IMG/VR virus record: IMGVR_UViG_2778261161_000002
Source: a virus
Lineage: Duplodnaviria; Heunggongvirae; Uroviricota; Caudoviricetes
DNA length: 64,000 nucleotides
Strand: one strand, 5' to 3'
Part shown: piece after piece, positions 57,843-64,000 of the stretch
How positions within the stretch are numbered: position 1 is the first letter of the stretch
Layout: every line of letters starts with the position of its first letter
Position numbers and translations under genes: made by a program
Notes under the pieces: generated by a model
What the model saw: only the letters and a program-made list of their open reading frames with translations
The model's database searches: none
What the model was told of the DNA's origin: nothing

Positions 57843-58646
57843 TTGAGGATGCTTATGGGCCGTTTTGACGAATGGTTTGCTGACGATGTAAACCTGGCAA
57901 GTAAGGAGTCAGAACATGACTGCACGCAGAGAGAAACGCCAGCGCCGATTGAAGCGAATGCAGGAGGCGCGCCGGAACATGGCAATACCAGTTCGGATTC
58001 ATTCAGCATTCTGGAAGAGCAACCCGCCGCCAAAGCTGATAGCCATGATAATTTTGCTGATAGCAACGGTGGCCTTACTCCGGACGCTGGCGAATCAAAT
58101 ATAGCCACACTTCCACCTTCCCTGGCTGGCAGAGAACCGACTCCACAGCTAAAAGCACGCTATAACGGGCATAAAGCCTTTAACGACCAAATCCGCGCAG
58201 ACTGGATGCTGATTATTGAATCCAGCCCAGACGCGTTTCAGGCTCTCTTATATCGACCAGATGTTGGCACATATGGGGTAGTCAGCGACGAAACAGGAGA
58301 AGAGTCATTCACTGAACTGGATAACAACCAGCGCGAACTGACTTACCAGGAACCTGAAATCGTTTATGTGCTGGATAACCCGGACGGGCGTGACTCTCTC
58401 CATGCGATTGACGCAGACGGTGAGCAGGATGGCTTAACCGATGATGTTCTGATTCTGCGTATTGCAGCAAATAACGTCCCCGTCGGATCAATTCTTGAAT
58501 GGAATGAAGAGATGGTAAACGGCGTAGCCCGCCGCTGGTGGTACGTGCACCGTATTTTTAGCTACGGCACACAGCATGTTGGTTCGCTTTACTACTGCAT
58601 ACCGGCCAGGAATTTTGATACGACTCAAAACGGAGTGATCGAATGA
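57843..58646 (+). CDS. Hypothetical acidic protein (start uncertain)
   Basis: ORF track; N-terminal low-complexity region. Confidence 0.35.
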   Translation: MRMLMGRFDEWFADDVNLASKESEHDCTQRETPAPIEANAGGAPEHGNTSSDSFSILEEQPAAKADSHDNFADSNGGLTPDAGESNIATLPPSLAGREPTPQLKARYNGHKAFNDQIRADWMLIIESSPDAFQALLYRPDVGTYGVVSDETGEESFTELDNNQRELTYQEPEIVYVLDNPDGRDSLHAIDADGEQDGLTDDVLILRIAANNVPVGSILEWNEEMVNGVARRWWYVHRIFSYGTQHVGSLYYCIPARNFDTTQNGVIE

Positions 58647-59410
58647 CTTCAAATAAAACCCTCCTGGCGCGAACAGGTGAATGGCAAACCTCACGCACAG
58701 GAAAATTCCAGACCACGGGCTTTGAAAGCGTGGATAACGCGTTTGCTACGCTAATCAGCAATATCTTTTCTGATATCTTACTGGTGGCCCCCGCGCCGGA
58801 AGAAAAACGCTTTGCGTCATTCCTGAATCGTCCACCAGCAGAGCGTGTCTATGTGGCCCGTTTCGACAATGCGATCGAGTTTCTTAAAGCAGTTCGTCGC
58901 GCAAATGCCGGGCAAGGGAGAAAACCTGAAAACCAGAACATTAACCGGGATGCTCTCCCCCTGGTCAATATCTCACGCACTATGGATATCAATTATATCA
59001 ACGATGATCAGCAGATTGACCGCAAAAAAGTAGCCAGTTTTTGCGAACCGGATACCGGAATGCCTTTAGCAGAACTGGAATACACCCAGGCCATTCTGAC
59101 GTATGACGTTACGTTAATGGCAACTGATAAAGCGACCATGAGTCTGATGTGTAATTCGCTGGGCGCACGGCTTCGCCTGATGACAGGTACACAATTTGAA
59201 GCAACCACTCACCTTGTTCGTGTCCCGGTCCCGCTGATTTGCTCGATACAGGATGCCAAAGAAGTCGGATTTACGGATGTTTCGGCACCAATTGGAGAAG
59301 AGCGTATTTATGCCACACAAGCGCCGATAAGTGTGATTGCAGACGTGATCACAGCATGGGAGTTGGACGCAAAACGTATTATTACCGAAACCTCGATATC
59401 TATGGGGTGA
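58643..59410 (+). CDS. Hypothetical protein (possible virion structural), 255 aa
   Basis: ORF track; ATGA coupling. Confidence 0.45.
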   Translation: MTSNKTLLARTGEWQTSRTGKFQTTGFESVDNAFATLISNIFSDILLVAPAPEEKRFASFLNRPPAERVYVARFDNAIEFLKAVRRANAGQGRKPENQNINRDALPLVNISRTMDINYINDDQQIDRKKVASFCEPDTGMPLAELEYTQAILTYDVTLMATDKATMSLMCNSLGARLRLMTGTQFEATTHLVRVPVPLICSIQDAKEVGFTDVSAPIGEERIYATQAPISVIADVITAWELDAKRIITETSISMG

Positions 59411-59413
59411 TAA

Positions 59414-60394
59414 GTGGCCCAGGAGTTACAACAATATTTTCTACAGTCAGTGCTCATTAACGATAACAAAGTGCCACGAGACTGGATTTTTACCGCAGTA
59501 TATGTAGAAAAAACCAGCCTCAAAGCCCCTTTGCTAAAACTGGAAATTCATGACGCTACCGGCACCGTAATTGATGACTGGAAAGCCAAATACGGTGCAT
59601 CGCTGGTGGCTGAAATGGGCGATCCAAACGGTAATGTAGGCACTTTTAAAACAGATTTCTTTGTTACGTCTGCAATGCTGGCTGGTGATGTTGTTACCGT
59701 TATTGCTGTCAGTGAAGACGTGCGCAGGTTTAAGATCCCCTCCCCGCGCACAAATTTACATACCAACAAAACACCAGACGCTATATTCAAGGCATATTCC
59801 GGCAAGCTTAAAATTACCAGCAGCGTGCTAAAACGCGCAGTTACATATCATCTGAATGCTGGTGACAAACCGTCAAAAATGCTTTCGGAGATAGCGCGAG
59901 ACAAAGGTGCATTGTGTTGGGTATGTCGGGGGGAATTTAACTTTTACACCCTGGCTGATCTGATGAAGCAAACGCCATCATTTACCTACGAGGGGAATAA
60001 CCCTAAAGCAGAATACACTTTGTCAAAAATGCGCCTACTCCAACAGGAACATGCGTCAACAGCAAAGAATCAATATCGTTTTGTTGGGTATTCCATGACC
60101 GATGGCTACGTCGAATATGGCGATAGCTCACTCCCAGTGCGTTATATATCCGACTCTGATATGGAAACTCTTCGCAATATGCAGCTGTCTCTCGTCCCCA
60201 AAATGGATATAGAAGTCGCAGGCAATCCTGATATAAAACCGGGGATGGTAATAGAGATTATCGTATACCGCTATGACCAGGAAAACCGCATTGATGAATC
60301 AATGCCCCGTAAGCTGATAGTAAAAAATGTTGCGCACTTTGAGGACCGCGTAGGCTACACAACACGAATGATATTGGGAGTGCCGAACAAATGA
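59414..60394 (+). CDS. Hypothetical protein (possible baseplate component), 326 aa
   Basis: ORF track; coupled to spike-like gene. Confidence 0.45.
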   Translation: MAQELQQYFLQSVLINDNKVPRDWIFTAVYVEKTSLKAPLLKLEIHDATGTVIDDWKAKYGASLVAEMGDPNGNVGTFKTDFFVTSAMLAGDVVTVIAVSEDVRRFKIPSPRTNLHTNKTPDAIFKAYSGKLKITSSVLKRAVTYHLNAGDKPSKMLSEIARDKGALCWVCRGEFNFYTLADLMKQTPSFTYEGNNPKAEYTLSKMRLLQQEHASTAKNQYRFVGYSMTDGYVEYGDSSLPVRYISDSDMETLRNMQLSLVPKMDIEVAGNPDIKPGMVIEIIVYRYDQENRIDESMPRKLIVKNVAHFEDRVGYTTRMILGVPNK

Positions 60395-61044
60395 AGCGTA
60401 GAGCGCAAATTGTTGGAACTGTGCACCCGGCAGGGCTTATGCGTGCTCAAGTCCGTGTTTTACCTGACTGGAATGGCGTTCCTGATGACGATCTACCCTG
60501 GGCGGAATACCAGTTACCCATCGGGAACGCTTTTGTACCTACAGTCAAAGGTGACCTGGTCTGGGTAGAGTTTCCTTATTTAGATGTTAACGGTCGAATA
60601 GACACCAGACGCCCAATGATAGTTGGTGCCGCTCAGGATGCACCGGGAGGAATTCCAAACGTTGCACCAGAAGCATCTGGCAAAGGCAACGGCTGGACGC
60701 CGCCGGAAGTAGATGGAGCACCTCCCCGCCCCCAAATCTCAGCAACGAAAGACTTCGTTATTCACCGCAACAATATTCTTGAAGTACGAACTGCTGGTGG
60801 CGGCTATGAAATTGCCAATACGGCAGCTGGCTCAAGGATTGGCATGAATGAGTCCGGGCAGATATATATCATTGGTCCGGCTGATGTAATCGTGAATGCA
60901 GGAGGGAGTGTTAACGTCAAATCAGCCAACAACATCAATGTTAATGGGGAAAATATAGCTGTCACCGCTAACGGGGACATAGCTTTCAAGGCAGGAGGAA
61001 CCTTTCAGGCCACTGCTGGCAACTTCGATTTCAAGAAAGGATAG
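60391..61044 (+). CDS. Baseplate spike/gpV-like protein
   Basis: N-terminal OB-like GDLVWVEFPYLDVNGRIDTRRPMIVG and C-terminal beta-helix-like repeats VNAGGSVNVKSANNINVNGENIAVTANG. Confidence 0.55.
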   Translation: MKRRAQIVGTVHPAGLMRAQVRVLPDWNGVPDDDLPWAEYQLPIGNAFVPTVKGDLVWVEFPYLDVNGRIDTRRPMIVGAAQDAPGGIPNVAPEASGKGNGWTPPEVDGAPPRPQISATKDFVIHRNNILEVRTAGGGYEIANTAAGSRIGMNESGQIYIIGPADVIVNAGGSVNVKSANNINVNGENIAVTANGDIAFKAGGTFQATAGNFDFKKG

Positions 61045-61081
61045 AAAATGCACCCATTTATGTTAGATAATTAACATGCAT

Positions 61082-61090
61082 TTTCTAACA
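61082..61090 (+). promoter_or_regulatory. Operator-like motif (copy 13) with inverted partner TGTTAGATA at 61061..61069
   Basis: tttaTGTTAGATAattaacatgcaTTTTCTAACAtaaat immediately upstream of rdgC. Confidence 0.5.
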
Positions 61091-61103
61091 TAAATGGTGA
61101 GAC

Positions 61104-62009
61104 ATGAGATCAGTCGCTTTCAAAAATATCTTCATCTATCGTCTTTCACGCGAAGTTAACTGGGATACCGCAGAAGTAAATGCTGCCCTTAGCAAGTTTG
61201 TGTTTACCCCATGCGGTTCTCAGGATATTGCTAAAGCTGGTTGGACCCCCGTCCTTGGCGACAACCTCACCCATGAATACAAGGGTTTTCTTCTGATACA
61301 GCATAAACGAGAGGAAAAAATCCTACCTTCTCAAGTGCTCAAAGAAGAGCTACAGAAAAAAATCCTGAAACTTGAAGAAGAACAAGACAGAAAGCTGAAG
61401 AAGACCGAAAAAGATTCGCTGAAGGATGAAGTGCTTCACTCTCTTCTTCCTCGTGCTTTCACGAGAAAATCAGTCGCTAAAATCCTGATAGACCGAAGCA
61501 ATCATCTGGTTTTTGTCGAGGCGAGCAGTGCTAAAAAAGCAGAGGATCAGCTGGCTTTGTTACGGAAATCTCTTGGCAGCTTGCCCGTTGTCCCCTTCTC
61601 TCCGAAAGACCCATTAGAACTGACCATCACTGGCTGGATTAAAAATGGCTTCCCGAACGGTTTCCGTGCCGGTGAGGAAGCGACCTTAAAAGCATTGCTT
61701 GATGATGGCGGCGCGGTCCGCTGCAAAAAAGTGGACCTGCTATCCGACGAGATCATGAGTCATATAGAAGCTGGTAAGGTTGCAACCACAGTTGCGGTTA
61801 ACTGGCAAGACCGTGCATTTTTCAGACTGAATGACGATATGAGTATCAAGGCTTTGTCGTTCAGCGACGAATTGTACGACCAGAACGACGATATTGATCG
61901 AGGGGATGTTGCTCAACGATTTGACGCTGACTTTATCCTGTTTACTGCTGAATTATCAGCGATGTTCACTTCGCTGGTGGAGGCCGTTGGTGGTGAAGCA
62001 GAACGTTAA
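61104..62009 (+). CDS. rdgC: Recombination-associated protein RdgC
   Basis: [69 protein letters not shown] blocks match E. coli RdgC. Confidence 0.9.
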   Translation: MRSVAFKNIFIYRLSREVNWDTAEVNAALSKFVFTPCGSQDIAKAGWTPVLGDNLTHEYKGFLLIQHKREEKILPSQVLKEELQKKILKLEEEQDRKLKKTEKDSLKDEVLHSLLPRAFTRKSVAKILIDRSNHLVFVEASSAKKAEDQLALLRKSLGSLPVVPFSPKDPLELTITGWIKNGFPNGFRAGEEATLKALLDDGGAVRCKKVDLLSDEIMSHIEAGKVATTVAVNWQDRAFFRLNDDMSIKALSFSDELYDQNDDIDRGDVAQRFDADFILFTAELSAMFTSLVEAVGGEAER

Positions 62010-62022
62010 CAATAGACCTCTT

Positions 62023-62673
62023 ATGGTGAGTCTTTGTGATTTCACGGGGAAAATGGTCGCCCCCTGGCTGGAGCATGGTATAGATGCTGTTATCGTCGAT
62101 CCACAACACGCAAAGACCACAGATGAGCTGATGCAATCAGGCGCAGTTCTGACACGTATCAGTGCGATTATCGATAGTGATGAAGTTTATGCTTTTCTCC
62201 GAAATAATTTACAACGTATTGTGTTTTTAGCTGGTTTTCCGCCGTGCACGGACCTTGCTGTTTCCGGTGCGCGCTGGTTTGCACATAAGGCTGACAAAGA
62301 TCCGGTTTTCCAGTTCAAAGCGATGCAAGTCGTCTGGCAGTGTTACGACATTGCAAAGATGATTGGTTTCCCGTACATGATTGAAAACCCGGTCAGCCAA
62401 ATATCGACATTCTGGCGTAAACCTGATCACATCTTCCATCCTTACCACTTCACTGCATATTGCAAGGAAGACAATTACACCAAAAAAACATGCCTCTGGA
62501 GCGGGCAGGGCTTTGTCATGCCTGATGCCCTAATGGACGAATCATTAGGCAAGCCAGATAACAGAATCCATACCGCGCCACCTGGGCCTGAAAGGGCTAA
62601 TTTTCGAAGTGCTACTCCGAATGGATTCGCAAAAGCAGTTTTCGAAGCAAATAAGGGGGTGCTCTATGAGTAA
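62023..62673 (+). CDS. Short C5-cytosine-methyltransferase-like protein (atypical, about 216 aa)
   Basis: GFPPCTDLAVSG (PC motif IV-like) and MIENPV (ENV-like) in correct order and spacing; no TRD; stop overlaps dam start. Confidence 0.4.
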   Translation: MVSLCDFTGKMVAPWLEHGIDAVIVDPQHAKTTDELMQSGAVLTRISAIIDSDEVYAFLRNNLQRIVFLAGFPPCTDLAVSGARWFAHKADKDPVFQFKAMQVVWQCYDIAKMIGFPYMIENPVSQISTFWRKPDHIFHPYHFTAYCKEDNYTKKTCLWSGQGFVMPDALMDESLGKPDNRIHTAPPGPERANFRSATPNGFAKAVFEANKGVLYE

Positions 62674-63571
62674 ATCTCTAGTAAGCACAGCCATAGAAAG
62701 ACATGATTCGATGGCGGAAATTAGCTATATGCGCACCATTCGGACTCCGGATGAATACGAGCGTCCGATCTTCAAATGGGTAGGCGGTAAATTTTCAGAG
62801 TTGCCTATAGTGCTTGAGCATCTACCACACGGTAAGCGGTTAATAGAACCATTCGTTGGTGGCGGTTCCGTATTTACGAATGCAGGATTTCGCCACAACC
62901 TGCTTAATGATATTAACGGTGACTTGATTAACTTCTATCAGACATTGCAGCGAGAAAGACATTCTCTAGTCACGCTGTCATATAGTTTTTTCCAAAATTA
63001 CAACAACGCTGACGCTTACCTCGAAGTGCGTGAGGCATTTAACAGAGGAAAGTATGACCAACTACATCATGCTGCTGCCTTTTTGTACCTTAATCGGCAC
63101 TGTTTTAATGGCGTAACACGGTACAACCAAAATGGCGAGTTCAACGTAGGGTATGGTAAATACAAAGCGCCCTACTTCCCACATGCAGAGATGGAGGCAT
63201 TTTTGGCTGATGACGTACTCAAAAACACTTCCTTTGTATCAGGTGACTTTGCTGGCGTCATCGAGGCGGCTGGTGAAGGCGATGTGATTTTTTGCGATCC
63301 GCCGTATGAACCGCTGCCGGATACAGAAGGGTTTACCAGTTATTCAGGAAATAGCTTCCGTTTCGACGAACAGAAACGGCTGGTATCTCTATTGGTGGAA
63401 GCCCACCAGCGCGGCGCTAAGGTAGTGATTACAAATAGTGGTGCGCCAAACATCCGTGAACTATATGAAGGAAACGGGTTTAAAGTACATCATATGGCAG
63501 CCAGACGGTCGGTTTCCTGCAAGGCGTCAACACGTGTAGTTGCTAACGATATAATTGCAATAATGAAGTAA
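62666..63571 (+). CDS. dam: Dam-family N6-adenine DNA methyltransferase (GATC)
   Basis: FKWVGGK, EPFVGGGSVF, FLYLNRHCFNGVTRYN, GEFNV, CDPPY align with E. coli Dam. Confidence 0.85.
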   Translation: MSKSLVSTAIERHDSMAEISYMRTIRTPDEYERPIFKWVGGKFSELPIVLEHLPHGKRLIEPFVGGGSVFTNAGFRHNLLNDINGDLINFYQTLQRERHSLVTLSYSFFQNYNNADAYLEVREAFNRGKYDQLHHAAAFLYLNRHCFNGVTRYNQNGEFNVGYGKYKAPYFPHAEMEAFLADDVLKNTSFVSGDFAGVIEAAGEGDVIFCDPPYEPLPDTEGFTSYSGNSFRFDEQKRLVSLLVEAHQRGAKVVITNSGAPNIRELYEGNGFKVHHMAARRSVSCKASTRVVANDIIAIMK

Positions 63572-63573
63572 AA

Positions 63574-63600
63574 AACGCCGCAGTAGCGGCGTTTACTTTT
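63574..63600. terminator. Bidirectional terminator AACGCCGC-agta-GCGGCGTT; strong T-run on minus strand (glnS terminator)
   Basis: Read directly. Confidence 0.7.
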
Positions 63601-63619
63601 TCATGTGGCGAAATACCTA

Positions 63620-64000
63620 TTAACCTAACTTCGCCCAGGTATCACGCAGCCCAACGGTGCGGTTAAATACCGGTTTTTCCGCCGTAGAATGGCGGCTGTC
63701 GAGGCAGAAATAACCTTCACGCTCAAACTGGAATGCTTTACCCGCTACCGCTTCTTTCAGCGACGGTTCAGCAAAGCCTTGTTTGATCACCAGCGATTCC
63801 GGGTTAATCACCGACAGGAAATCATCCGCAGCACCTGGGTTCGGCACGTTGAACAGACGATCGTACAGGCGGATTTCAACCGGCAGCGCATGTTCCGCGC
63901 TCACCCAGTGAATAACGCCTTTCACTTTACGACCATCTGCCGGATCTTTGCTTAAGGTGTCGGCGTCATAAGTACAGAAGATGGTGGTGATATTGCCTTC
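63620..64000 (-). CDS. glnS: Glutaminyl-tRNA synthetase, 3' end (host gene, 5' part beyond window)
   Basis: [100 protein letters not shown] matches E. coli GlnRS C-terminus. Confidence 0.9.
   Translation of the reverse strand, partial: EGNITTIFCTYDADTLSKDPADGRKVKGVIHWVSAEHALPVEIRLYDRLFNVPNPGAADDFLSVINPESLVIKQGFAEPSLKEAVAGKAFQFEREGYFCLDSRHSTAEKPVFNRTVGLRDTWAKLG

Noticed and set aside
57692-58108. 138-aa minus-strand ORF
   Set aside because: Alanine- and serine-rich low-complexity translation that overlaps a plus-strand gene; likely a frame artefact.
1-64000. Looked for IS elements, integrons, CRISPR arrays and rRNA
   Set aside because: No transposase-like ORF, terminal inverted repeat pair, regularly spaced repeat array or rRNA-like sequence was seen.

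Overview
Almost the entire window (1 to about 63,571) is one P1-like temperate phage element. It ends immediately downstream of the 3' end of a host glutaminyl-tRNA synthetase gene (glnS, 63,620..64,000, minus strand). Recognisable P1-type modules read directly from the translations are: a Cin/Gin/Pin invertase (partial), a lysis/dar-like operon, two separate icd-ant (immI-like) modules, a 2,278-aa DarB-like methyltransferase-helicase, four tRNA genes, pacA/pacB terminase, a putative C1-like repressor, a Cre homolog, dUTPase, phd-doc, humD, a lambda-type phosphatase, higBA, rdgC and dam. The most interesting observations are: (a) a diverged Cre homolog with a 34-bp lox-like site (13-8-13 architecture) that overlaps a promoter; (b) a motif TTTTCTAACA(Y)A present at least 13 times, all in intergenic or promoter positions, which I interpret as the operator set of a C1-like repressor; (c) two immI-like modules with different candidate antisense target sequences; (d) a degenerate paralog of the pacA/pacB pair; (e) two DUF2829 (Tad2-like) proteins; (f) an AT-rich islet with higBA, an extra HigA-like regulator and a membrane protein. 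Nothing here was checked against a database; all calls are from reading the sequence and from memory of the protein families, and gene names are by analogy to P1.
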